64,000 bases of DNA. It comes from Eledone cirrhosa (Eukaryota). The position numbers were made by a program, and so were the translations under genes. The notes beneath the pieces are model-generated. The model searched no databases and was not told the DNA's origin. It saw only the letters and a program-made list of their open reading frames with translations. Of the stretch, positions 12,026 to 25,400 are shown in pieces. Position 1 is the first letter of the stretch. Each line of letters begins with the position of its first letter. The DNA is taken from positions 166,160,001 to 166,224,000 of the forward strand of contig OZ024742.1 of NCBI GenBank assembly GCA_964016885.1, written 5' to 3'.

Positions 12026-12549
12026 CCGGCCGTCCAAGGGGAGATAATTTTCAGCCGTCCAAGGGGAGATAATTTCCCGCCAGCCAAGGGAAGATAATAT
12101 TTAAAAAAATCAGGCGGAGATAATTTGTAAAAAAAATCAGGGGGAGATAATTTGTAAAAAAATCAGGGGGAGATAATTTGTAAAAAAAATCAAGGGGAGA
12201 TAATTTCCAGCCGTCCAAGGGGAGGTAATATCTAGCCGTCCAAGGGGAGATAATTTCCAGCCGTCCAAGAGGAGATAATTTCCAGCCGTCCAAGGGTAGA
12301 TAATATCCAGCCGTCCAAGGAGACATATTTTCCAGCCGTCCAAGGAGAGGTAATTTCTAGCCGTCCAAGGGGAGATAAATTCCAGCCTCCAAGGGGAGAT
12401 AATTTCCAGCCAGCCAAGGGGAGATAATTTGTAAAAAAAATCAGGGGGAGATAATTTGTAAAAAAAATCAGGGGGAGATAATTTGTAAAAAAATCAGGGG
12501 GAGATAATTTGTAAAAAAAAAATCAGGGGGAGATAATTTGTAAAAAAAA

Positions 12550-15500
12550 TCAGGGGGAGATGATTTGTAAAAAAAAATCAGGGGTAGATAATTTGTAAAA
12601 AAAAATCAGGGGGTGATAATTTGTAAAAAAAAATCAGGGGGAGATAATTTGTAAAAAAAATCAAGGGGAGATAATTTCCAGCCGTCGAAGGGAAGATAAT
12701 TTCCAGCCCTCCAAGGGGCTATAATTTCCAGCGTCCAAGGGGAGATAATTTCCAGCCGTCCAAGGGGAGATAATTTCCAGCCGTCCAAGGGTAGATAATA
12801 TCCAGCCGTCCAAGTAGACATTTTCCAGCCGTCCAAGGAGAGGTAATTTCTAGCCGTCCAAGGGGAGATAAATTCCAGCCTCCAAGGGGAGATAATTTCC
12901 AGCCAGCCAAGGGGAGATAATTTGTAAAAAAATCAGGGGGAGATAATTTGTAAAAAAAATCAGGGGGAGATAATTTGTAAAAAAAAATCAGGGGGAGATA
13001 ATTTGTAAAAAAAATCAGGGGGAGATAATTTGTAAAAAAAATCAGGGGGAGATAATTTGTAAAAAAAATCAAGGGGAGATAATTTCCAGCCGTCCAAGGG
13101 GAGATAATTTTCAGCCGTCCAAGGGGAGATAATTTCCAGCCGTCCAAGGGGAGATAATTTCCATCCTTCCAAGGGGAGATAATTTCCAGCCGTCCAAGGG
13201 GAGATAATTTTCAGCCGTCCAAGGGGAGATAATTTCCCGCCAGCCAAGGGAAGATAATATTTTAAAAAATCAGGCGGAGATAATTTGTAAAAAAAATCAG
13301 GGGGAGATAATTTGTAAAAAAATCAGGGGGAGATAATTTGTAAAAAAAAAATCAGGGGGAGATAATTTGTAAAAAAAATCAGTGGGAGATAATTTGTAAA
13401 AAAAAATCAGGGGTAGATAATTTTTAAAAAAAAATCAGGGGGAGATAATTTGTAAAAAAAAAATCAGGGGGAGATAATTTGTAAAAAAAATCAAGGGGAG
13501 ATAATTTCCAGCCGTCCAAGGAGAGATAATTTTTAAAAAAAATCAGGCGGAGATAATTTGTAAAAAAAAATCAAGGGGAGATAATTTGTAAAAAAAAATC
13601 AAGGGGAGATAATTTGTAAAAAAAATCAAGGGGAGATAATTTCCAGCCGTCCAAGGGAAGATAATTTCCAGCACTCCAAGGGGCTATAATTTCCAGTGTC
13701 CAAGGGGAGATAATTTCCAGCCAGCGAAGGGGAGATAATTTTTTTAAAAAAATCAGGGGGAGATATGTAAAAAAAATCAGAGGGAGATAATTTCTAAAAA
13801 AAATCAAAGGGAGATAATTTCCAGCCGTCCAAAGAGAGATAATTTCTAGCCGTCCAAGGGGAGATAATTTCCAGCCAAGGGGAGATAATTTCCAGCCGTC
13901 CAAGGGGAGATAATTATTTAAAAAATCAGGTGGAGATAATTTGTAAAAAAAATCAGGGGGAGATAATTTGTAAAAACAAAATCAAGGGCAGATAATTTCC
14001 AGCTGTCCAAGGGGAGATAATTTCCAGCCGTGCAAGGGGAGATAATTTCCAGCCGTCCAAGGGGAGATAATTTCCATCCTTCCAAGGGGAGATAATGTCC
14101 AGCCGTCCAAGGGGAGATAATTTCCCGCCAGCCAAGGTAAGATAATTTTTAAAAAAATCAGGCGGAGATTGTAAAAAAAATCAGGGGGAGATAATTTGTA
14201 AAAAAAAAATCAGGGGGAGATAATTTGTAAAAAAAATCAGGGGTAGATAATTTGTAAAAAAAAATCAGGGGGAGATAATTTGTAAAAAAAAATCAGGGGG
14301 AGATAATTTCTAAAAAAATCAAGGGGAGATAATATGCAGCCGTCCAAGGGGAGATAATTTTCAGCCGTCCAAGGAGAGGTAATTTCTAGCCGTCCAAGGG
14401 GAGATAATTTCCAGCCGTCCAAGGGGAGATAATTTCCAGCCGTCCAAGGGGAGATAGTTTTTTTAAAAAAATCAGGCGGAGATAATTTGTAAAAAAAAAA
14501 TCAGGGGGAGATGATTTGTAAAAAAAAATCAGGGGTAGATAATTTGTAAAAAAAAATCAGGGGGTGATAATTTGTAAAAAAAAATCAGGGGGAGATAATT
14601 TGTAAAAAAAATCAAGGGGAGATAATTTCCAGCCGTCGAAGGGAAGATAATTTCCAGCCCTCCAAGGGGCTATAATTTCCAGCGTCCAAGGGGAGATAAT
14701 TTCCAGCCGTCCAAGGGGAGATAATTTCCAGCCGTCCAAGGGTAGATAATATCCAGCCGTCCAAGTAGACATTTTCCAGCCGTCCAAGGAGAGGTAATTT
14801 CTAGCCGTCCAAGGGGAGATAAATTCCAGCCTCCAAGGGGAGATCATTTCCAGCCAGCCAAGGGGAGATAATTTGTAAAAAAATCAGGGGGAGATAATTT
14901 GTAAAAAAAATCAGGGGGAGATAATTTGTAAAAAAAAATCAGGGGGAGATAATTTGTAAAAAAAATCAGGGGGAGATAATTTGTAAAAAAAATCAGGGGG
15001 AGATAATTTGTAAAAAAAATCAAGGGGAGATAATTTCCAGCCGTCCAAGGGGAGATAATTTTCAGCCGTCCAAGGGGAGATAATTTCCAGCCGTCCAAGG
15101 GGAGATAATTTCCATCCTTCCAAGGGGAGATAATTTCCAGCCGTCCAAGGGGAGATAATTTTCAGCCGTCCAAGGGGAGATAATTTCCCGCCAGCCAAGG
15201 GAAGATAATATTTTAAAAAATCAGGCGGAGATAATTTGTAAAAAAAATCAGGGGGAGATAATTTGTAAAAAAATCAGGGGGAGATAATTTGTAAAAAAAA
15301 AATCAGGGGGAGATAATTTGTAAAAAAAATCAGGGGGAGATAATTTGTAAAAAAAAATCAGGGGTAGATAATTTGTAAAAAAAAATCAGGGGGAGATAAT
15401 TTGTAAAAAAAAAATCAGGGGGAGATAATTTGTAAAAAAAATCAAGGGGAGATAATTTCCAGCCGTCCAAGGAGAGATAATTTTTAAAAAAAATCAGGCG

Positions 15501-16450
15501 GAGATAATTTGTAAAAAAAAATCAAGGGGAGATAATTTGTAAAAAAAAATCAAGGGGAGATAATTTGTAAAAAAAATCAAGGGGAGATAATTTCCAGCCG
15601 TCCAAGGGAAGATAATTTCCAGCACTCCAAGGGGCTATAATTTCCAGTGTCCAAGGGGAGATAATTTCCAGCCAGCGAAGGGGAGATAATTTTTTTAAAA
15701 AAATCAGGGGGAGATATGTAAAAAAAATCAGAGGGAGATAATTTCTAAAAAAAATCAAAGGGAGATAATTTCCAGCCGTCCAAAGAGAGATAATTTCTAG
15801 CCGTCCAAGGGGAGATAATTTCCAGCCAAGGGGAGATAATTTCCAGCCGTCCAAGGGGAGATAATTATTTAAAAAATCAGGTGGAGATAATTTGTAAAAA
15901 AAATCAGGGGGAGATAATTTGTAAAAACAAAATCAAGGGCAGATAATTTCCAGCTGTCCAAGGGGAGATAATTTCCAGCCGTGCAAGGGGAGATAATTTC
16001 CAGCCGTCCAAGGGGAGATAATTTCCATCCTTCCAAGGGGAGATAATGTCCAGCCGTCCAAGGGGAGATAATTTCCCGCCAGCCAAGGGAAGATAATTTT
16101 TAAAAAAATCAGGCGGAGATTGTAAAAAAAATCAGGGGGAGATAATTTGTAAAAAAAAAATCAGGGGGAGATAATTTGTAAAAAAAATCAGGGGTAGATA
16201 ATTTGTAAAAAAAAATCAGGGGGAGATAATTTGTAAAAAAAAATCAGGGGGAGATAATTTCTAAAAAAATCAAGGGGAGATAATATGCAGCCGTCCAAGG
16301 GGAGATAATTTTCAGCCGTCCAAGGAGAGGTAATTTCTAGCCGTCCAAGGGGAGATAATTTCCAGCCGTCCAAGGGGAGATAATTTCCAGCCGTCCAAGG
16401 GGAGATAGTTTTTTTAAAAAAATCAGGCGGAGATAATTTGTAAAAAAAAA
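12550..16450 (+). repeat. Direct tandem duplication, 2 x 1,951 bp
   Basis: Marker ORFs 12606/14557, 12960/14911, 13571/15522, 13953/15904 and 14237/16188 are all offset by 1,951. The GATGATTT variant sits at 12562 and 14513. Confidence 0.92.
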
Positions 16451-19400
16451 ATCAGGGGGAGATAATTTGTAAAAAAAAATCAGGGGGAGATAATTTGTAA
16501 AAAAAATCAGGGGGAGATAATTAGTAAAAAAAATCAAGGGGAGATAATTTCCAGCCGTCCAAGGGGAGGTAATATCTAGCCGTCCAAGGGGAGATAATTT
16601 CCAGCCGTCCAAGGGGAGATAATTTCCAGCCGTCCAAGGGTAGATAATATCCAGCCGTCCAAGTAGACATATTTTCCAGCCGTCCAAGGAGAGGTAATTT
16701 CTAGCCGTCCAAGGGGAGATAAATTCCAGCCTCCAAGGGGAGATAATTTCCAGCCAGCCAAGGGGAGATAATTTGTAAAAAAATCAGGGGGAGATAATTT
16801 GTAAAAAAAATCAGGGGGAGATAATTTGTAAAAAAAAATCAGGGGGAGATAATTTGTAAAAAAAAATCAGGGGGAGATAATTTGTAAAAAAAATCAGGGG
16901 GAGATAATTTGTAAAAAAAAATCAGGGGGAGATAATTTGTAAAAAAAAATCAGGGGGAGATAATTTGTAAAAAAAAATCAGGGGGAGATAATTTGTAAAA
17001 AAAATCAGGGGGAGATAATTTGTAAAAACAAATCAAGGGGAGATAATTTCCAGCCGTCCAAGGGGAGATAATTTTCAGCCGCCCAAGGGGAGATAATTTC
17101 CCGCCAGCCAAGGGAAGATAATATTTAAAAAATCAGGCGGAGATAATTTGTAAAAAAAATCAGGGGGAGATAATTTGTAAAAAAATCAGGGGGAGATAAT
17201 TTGTAAAAAAAAAATCAGGGGGAGATAATTTGTAAAAAAAATCAGGGGGAGATGATTTGTAAAAAAAATCAGGCGTAGATAATTTGTAAAAAAAAATCAG
17301 GGGGAGATAATTTGTAAAAAAAAATCAGGGGGAGATAATTTGTAAAAAAAATCAAGAGGAGATAATTTCCAGCCGTCCAAGGGGAGATAATTTTCAGCCG
17401 TCCAAGGGGAGATAATTTCCAGCCGTCCAAGGGGAGATAATTTCCATCCTTCCAAGGGGAGATAATTTCCAGCCGTCCAAGGGGAGATAATTTCCCGCCA
17501 ACCAAGGGAAGATAATTTTTAAAAAAATCAGGCGGAGATTGTAAAAAAAATCAGGGGGAGATAATTTGTAAAAAAATCAGGGGGAGATAATTTGTAAAAA
17601 AAAAATCAGGGGGAGATAATTTGTAAAAAAAATCAGGGGGAGATAATTTGTAAAAAAAAATCAAGGGGAGATAATTTGTACAAAAAATCAGGGGTATATA
17701 ATTTGTAAAAAAAAATCAGGGGGAGATAATTTGTAAAAAAAAATCAGGGGGAGATAATTTGTAAAAAAAATCAAGGGGAGATAATTTGCAGCCGTCCAAG
17801 GGGAGATAATTTTCAGCCGTCCAAGGAGAGGTAATTTCTAGCCGTCCAAGGTGAGATAATATCCAGCCGTCCAAGGGGAGATAATTTCCAGCCGTCCAAG
17901 GGGAGATAATTTTAAAAAAAAAACAGGCGAAGATAATTTGTAAAAAAAAAATCAGGGGGAGATAATTTGTAAAAAAAAATCAGGGGGAGATAATTTGTAA
18001 AAAAAATCAGGGGGAGGTAATTTGTAAAAAAAATCAAGGGGAGATAATTTCCAGCCGTCCAAGGGAAGATAATTTCCAGCCCTCCAAGGGGCTATAATTT
18101 CCAGCGTCCAAGGGGAGATAATTTCCAGCCAGCGAAGGGGAGATAATTTTTTTTTTTTTAAATCAGGGGGACATAATTTGTAAAAAAAAATCAGGGGGAG
18201 ATAATTTGTAAAAAAAATCAAGGGGAGATAATTTGTAAAAAAAAATCAGGGGGAGATAATTTGTAAAAAAAAATCAGGGGGAGATAATTTGTAAAAAAAA
18301 TTAAGGGGAGATAATTTGTAAAAAAAAATCAAGGGGAGATAATTTCCAGCCGTCCAAGGAGAGGTAATTTCTAGACGTCCAAGGGGAGATAATTTCCAGC
18401 CGTCCAAGGGGAGATAATTTCCAGCCGTCCAAGGGTAGATAATATCCAGCCGTCCAAGGAGACATATTTTCCAGCTTTCCAAGCAGAGGTAATTTCTAGC
18501 CGTCCAAGGGGAGATAAATTCCAGCCTCCAAGGGGAGATAATTTCCAGCCAGCCAAGGGGAGATAATTTGTAAAAAAAATCAGGGGGAGATAATTTGTAA
18601 AAAAAATCAGGGGGAGATAATTTGTAAAAAAAATCAGGGGGAGATAATTTCCAGCCATCCAAGGGGAGATAATTTTCAGCCGTCCAAGGGGAGATAATTT
18701 CCCGCCAGCCAAGGGAAGATAATATTTAAAAAATGAGGCGGAGATAATTTGTAAAAAAATCAGGGGGAGATAATTTGTAAAAAAAAAATCAGGGGGAGAT
18801 AATTTGTAAAAAAAATCAGGGGGAGATAATTTGTAAAAAAAAATCAGGGGTAGATAATTTGTAAAAAAAAATCAGGGGGAGATAATTTGTAAAAAAAATC
18901 AGGGGGAGATAATTTATAAAAAAAATCAAGGGGAGATAATTTCCAGCCGTCCAAGGGAAGATAATTTCAAGCCCTCCAAGGGGCTATAATTTCCAGTGTC
19001 CAAGGGGAGATAATTTCCAGCCAGCGAAGGGGAGATAATTTTTTTTTAAAAATCAGGGGGAGATTTGTAAAAAAAATCAGGGGGAGATAATTTGTAAAAA
19101 AAATCAAAGGGAGATAATTTCCAGCCGTCCAAAGAGATAATTTCTAGCCGTCCAAGGGGAGATAATTTCGAGCCAAGGGGAGATAATTTCCAGCCGTCCA
19201 AGGGGAGATAATTTTTTAAAAAATCAGGTGGAGATAATTTGTAAAAAAAATCAGGGGGAGATAATTTGTAAAAACAAAATCAAGGGGAGATAATTTCCAG
19301 CTGTCCAAGGGGAGATAATTTCCAGCCGTGCAAGGGGAGATAATTTCCAGCCGTCCAAGGGGAGATAATTTCCATCCTTCCAAGGGGAGATAATTTCCAG

Positions 19401-22400
19401 CCGTCCAAGGGGAGATAATTTCCCGCCAGCCAAGGGAAGATAATTTTTTAAAAAATCAGGCGGAGATTGTAAAAAAAATCAGGGGGAGATAATTTGTAAA
19501 AAATCAGGGGGAGATAATTTGTAAAAAAATCAAGGGGAGATAATTTCCAGCTGTCCAAGGGGAGGTAATATCTAGCCGTCCAAGGGGAGATAATTTCCAG
19601 CCGTCCAAGGGGAGATAATTTCCAGCCGTCCAAGGGTAGATAATATCCAGCCGTCCAAGGAGACATATTTTCCAGCCGTCCAAGGAGAGGTAATTTCTAG
19701 CCGTCCAAGTGGAGATAAATTCCAGCCTCCAAGGGGAGATAATTTCCAGCCAGCCAAGGGGAGATAATTTGTAAAAAAATCAGGGGGAGATAATTTGTAA
19801 AAAAAATCAGGGGGAGATAATTTGTAAAAAAAAATCAGGGGGAGATAATTTGTAAAAAAAATCAGGGGGAGATAATTTGTAAAAAAAATCAAGGGGAGAT
19901 AATTTCCAGCCGTCCAAGGGGAGATAATTTTCAGCCGTCCAAGGGGAGATAATTTCCCGCCAGCCAAGGGAAGATAATATTTAAAAAATGAGGCGGAGAT
20001 AATTTGTAAAAAAAAATCAGGGGTAGATAATTTGTAAAAAAAATCAGGGGGAGATAATTTGTAAAAAAAATCAAGGGGAGATAATTTCCAGCCGTCCAAG
20101 GAGAGATAATTTTTAAAAAAAATCAGGCGGAGATAATTTGTAAAAAAAAAATCAGGGGGAGATAATTTGTAAAAAAAAATCAGGGGGAGATAATTTGTAA
20201 AAAAAATCAAGGGGAGATAATTTCCAGCCGTCCAAGGGGAGATAATTTTCAGCCGTCCAAGGGGAGATAATTTCCAGCCGTCCAAGGGGAGATAATTTAA
20301 AAAAAAAATCAGGCGGAGATAATTTGTAAAAAAAATCAAGGGGAGATAATTTGCAACCGTCCAAGGGGACATAATTTTCAGTCGTCCAAGGAGAGGTAAT
20401 TTCTAGCCGTACAAGGGGAGATAATTTCCAGCCGTCCAAGGGGAGATAATTTCCAGCCGTCCAAGGGGAGATAATTTTTTTTTAAAAATCAGGCGGAGAT
20501 AATTTGTAAAAAAAAATCAGGGGGAGATAATTTGTAAAAAAAAATCAGGGGGAGATAATTTCTAAAAAAATCAAGGGGAGATAATATGCAGCCGTCCAAG
20601 GGGAGATAATTTTCAGCCGTCCAAGGAGAGGTAATTTCTAGCCGTCCAAGGGGAGATAATTTCCAGCCGTCCAAGGGGAGATAATTTCCAGCCGTCCAAG
20701 GGGAGATAGTTTTTTTTAAAAAATCAGGCGGAGATAATTTGTAAAAAAAAAATCAGGGGGAGATAATTTGTAAAAAAAAATCAGGGGGAGATAATTTGTA
20801 AAAAAAAATCAGGGGGAGATAATTTGTAAAAAAAATCAGGGGGAGATAATTAGTAAAAAAAATCAAGGGGAGATAATTTCCAGCCGTCCAAGGGGAGGTA
20901 ATATCTAGCCGTCCAAGGGGAGATAATTTCCAGCCGTCCAAGGGGAGATAATTTCCAGCCGTCCAAGGGTAGATAATATCCAGCCGTCCAAGTAGACATA
21001 TTTTCCAGCCGTCCAAGGAGAGGTAATTTCTAGCCGTCCAAGGGGAGATAAATTCCAGCCTCCAAGGGGAGATAATTTCCAGCCAGCCAAGGGGAGATAA
21101 TTTGTAAAAAAATCAGGGGGAGATAATTTGTAAAAAAAATCAGGGGGAGATAATTTGTAAAAAAAAATCAGGGGGAGATAATTTGTAAAAAAAAAATCAG
21201 GGGGAGATAATTTGTAAAAAAAATCAGGGGGAGATAATTTGTAAAAACAAATCAAGGGGAGATAATTTCCAGCCGTCCAAGGGGAGATAATTTTCAGCCG
21301 CCCAAGGGGAGATAATTTCCCGCCAGCCAAGGGAAGATAATATTTAAAAAATCAGGCGGAGATAATTTGTAAAAAAAATCAGGGGGAGATAATTTGTAAA
21401 AAAATCAGGGGGAGATAATTTGTAAAAAAAAAATCAGGGGGAGATAATTTGTAAAAAAAATCAGGGGGAGATGATTTGTAAAAAAAATCAGGGGTAGATA
21501 ATTTGTAAAAAAAAATCAGGGGGAGATAATTTGTAAAAAAAAATCAGGGGGAGATAATTTGTAAAAAAAATCAAGAGGAGATAATTTCCAGCCGTCCAAG
21601 GGGAGATAATTTTCAGCCGTCCAAGGGGAGATAATTTCCAGCCGTCCAAGGGGAGATAATTTCCATCCTTCCAAGGGGAGATAATTTCCAGCCGTCCAAG
21701 GGGAGATAATTTCCCGCCAACCAAGGGAAGATAATTTTTAAAAAAATCAGGCGGAGATTGTAAAAAAAATCAGGGGGAGATAATTTGTAAAAAAATCAGG
21801 GGGAGATAATTTGTAAAAAAAAAATCAGGGGGAGATAATTTGTAAAAAAAATCAGGGGGAGATAATTTGTAAAAAAAAATCAAGGGGAGATAATTTGTAC
21901 AAAAAATCAGGGCTATATAATTTGTAAAAAAAAATCAGGGGGAGATAATTTGTAAAAAAAAATCAGGGGGAGATAATTTGTAAAAAAAATCAAGGGGAGA
22001 TAATTTGCAGCCGTCCAAGGGGAGATAATTTTCAGCCGTCCAAGGAGAGGTAATTTCTAGCCGTCCAAGGTGAGATAATATCCAGCCGTCCAAGGGGAGA
22101 TAATTTCCAGCCGTCCAAGGGGAGATAATTTTAAAAAAAAAACAGGCGAAGATAATTTGTAAAAAAAAAATCAGGGGGAGATAATTTGTAAAAAAAAATC
22201 AGGGGGAGATAATTTGTAAAAAAAATCAGGGGGAGGTAATTTGTAAAAAAAATCAAGGGGAGATAATTTCCAGCCGTCCAAGGGAAGATAATTTCCAGCC
22301 CTCCAAGGGGCTATAATTTCCAGCGTCCAAGGGGAGATAATTTCCAGCCAGCGAAGGGGAGATAATTTTTTTTTTTTTAAATCAGGGGGACATAATTTGT

Positions 22401-25400
22401 AAAAAAAAATCAGGGGGAGATAATTTGTAAAAAAAATCAAGGGGAGATAATTTGTAAAAAAAAATCAGGGGGAGATAATTTGTAAAAAAAAATCAGGGGG
22501 AGATAATTTGTAAATAAAATTAAGGGGAGATAATTTGTAAAAAAAAATCAAGGGGAGATAATTTCCAGCCGTCCAAGGAGAGGTAATTTCTAGACGTCCA
22601 AGGGGAGATAATTTCCAGCCGTCCAAGGGGAGATAATTTCCAGCCGTCCAAGGGTAGATAATATCCAGCCGTCCAAGGAGACATAGTTTCCAGCTTTCCA
22701 AGGAGAGGTAATTTCTAGCCGTCCAAGGGGAGATAAATTCCAGCCTCCAAGGGGAGATAATTTCCAGCCAGCCAAGGGGAGATAATTTGTAAAAAAAATC
22801 AGGGGGAGATAATTTGTAAAAAAAATCAGGGGGAGATAATTTGTAAAAAAAATCAGGGGGAGATAATTTCCAGCCGTCCAAGGGGAGATAATTTTCAGCC
22901 GTCCAAGGGGAGATAATTTCCCGCCAGCCAAGGGAAGATAATATTTAAAAAATGAGGCGGAGATAATTTGTAAAAAAAATCAGGGGGAGATAATTTGTAA
23001 AAAAATCAGGGGGAGATAATTTGTAAAAAAAAAATCAGGGGGAGATAATTTGTAAAAAAAATCAGGGGGAGATAATTTGTAAAAAAAATCAGGGGTAGAT
23101 AATTTTTAAAAAAAAATCAGGGGGAGATAATTTGTAAAAAAAATCAGGGGGAGATAATTTATAAAAAAAATCAAGGGGAGATAATTTCCAGCCGTCCAAG
23201 GGAAGATAATTTCAAGCCCTCCAAGGGGCTATAATTTCCAGTGTCCAAGGGGAGATAATTTCCAGCCAGCGAAGGGGAGATAATTTTTTTTTAAAAATCA
23301 GGGGGAGATTTGTAAAAAAAATCAGGGGGAGATAATTTGTAAAAAAAATCAAAGGGAGATAATTTCCAGCCGTCCAAAGAGATAATTTCTAGCCGTCCAA
23401 GGGGAGATAATTTCGAGCCAAGGGGAGATAATTTCCAGCCGTCCAAGGGGAGATAATTTTTTAAAAAATCAGGTGGAGATAATTTGTAAAAAAAATCAGG
23501 GGGAGATAATTTGTAAAAACAAAATCAAGGGCAGATAATTTCCAGCTGTCCAAGGGGAGATAAATTCCAGCCGTGCAAGGGGAGATAATTTCCAGCCGTC
23601 CAAGGGGAGATAATTTCCATCCTTCCAAGGGGAGATAATTTCCAGCCGTCCAAGGGGAGATAATTTCCCGCCAGCCAAGGGAAGATAATTTTTTAAAAAA
23701 TCAGGCGGAGATTGTAAAAAAAATCAGGGGGAGATAATTTGTAAAAAAATCAGGGGGAGATAATTTGTAAAAAAATCAAGGGGAGATAATTTCCAGCTGT
23801 CCAAGGGGAGGTAATATCTAGCCGTCCAAGGGGAGATAATTTCCAGCCGTCCAAGGGGAGATAATTTCCAGCCGTCCAAGGGTAGATAATATCCAGCCGT
23901 CCAAGGAGACATATTTTCCAGCCGTCCAAGGAGAGGTAATTTCTAGCCGTCCAAGGGGAGATAATTTCCAGCCGTCCAAGGGGAGATAATTTAAAAAAAA
24001 ATCAGGCGGAGATAATTTGTAAAAAAAATCAAGGGGAGATAATTTGCAACCGTCCAAGGGGACATAATTTTCAGTCGTCCAAGGAGAGGTAATTTCTAGC
24101 CGTACAAGGGGAGATAATTTCCAGCCGTCCAAGGGGAGATAATTTCCAGCCGTCCAAGGGGAGATAATTTTTTTTTAAAAATCAGGCGGAGATAATTTGT
24201 AAAAAAAAAATCAGGGGGAGATAATTTGTAAAAAAAAATCAGGGGGAGATAATTTGTAAAAAAAAATCAGGGGGAGATAATTTGTAAAAAAAATCAAGGG
24301 GAGATAATTTCCAGCCGTCCAAGGGAAGATAATTTCCAGCCCTCCAAGGGGCTATAATTTCCAGCGTCCAAGGGGAGATAATTTCCAGCCAGCGAAGGGG
24401 AGATAATTGTTTTAAAAAAATCATTGGGAGATTTGTAAAAAAAATCAGGGGGAGATAATTAATAAAAAAAATCAAGGGGAGATAATTTCCAGCCGTCCAA
24501 GGGGAGGTAATATCTAGCCGTCCAAGGGGAGATAATTTCCAGCCGTCCAAGGGGAGATAATTTCCAGCCGTCCAAGGGTAGATAATATCCAGCCGTCCAA
24601 GGAGACATATTTTCCCGCCGTCCAAGGAGAGGTAATTTCTAGCCGTCCAAGGGGAGATAAATTCCAGCCTCCAAGGGGAGATAATTTCCAGCCAGCCAAG
24701 GGGAGATAATTTGTAAAAAAATCAGGGGGAGATAATTTGTAAAAAAAATCAGGGGTAGATAATTTGTAAAAAAAAATCAGGGGGAGATAATTTGTAAAAA
24801 AAAATCAGGGGGAGATAATTTGTAAAAAAAATCAAGGGGAGATAATTTCCAGCCGTCCAAGGAGAGATAATTTAAAAAAAAAATCAGGCGGAGATAATTT
24901 GTAAAAAAAAATCAGGGGGAGATAATTTGGAAAAAAAAATCAGGGGGAGATAATTTGTAAAAAAAATCAAGGGGAGATAATTTCCAGCCGTCCAAGGGGA
25001 GATAATTTCCAGCCGTCCAAGGGGAGATAATTTTTTAAAAAAAATCAGGCGGAGATAATTTGTAAAAAAAATCAGGGGGAGATAATTTGTAAAAAAAAAT
25101 CAGGGGGAGATAATTTGTAAAAAAAAATCAGGGGTAGATAATTTGTAAAAAAAAATCAGGGGGAGATAATTTGTAAAAAAAAAATCAGGGGGAGATAATT
25201 TGTAAAAAAAATCAGGGGGAGATAATTTGTAAAAAAAAATCAGGGGGAGATAATTTCCGGCCGTCCAAGGGGAGATAATTTTCAGCCGTCCAAGGGGAGA
25301 TAATTTCCCGCCAGCCAAGGGAAGATAATATTTAAAAAAATCAGGCGGAGATAATTTGTAAAAAAAATCAGGGGGAGATAATTTGTAAAAAAATCAGGGG

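Noticed and set aside
19572-20372. Longest ORF (266 aa; copies at 30819, 39082, 50276)
   Set aside because: A chance run avoiding the TGA of A units. Its recurrence reflects DNA duplication, not coding constraint.
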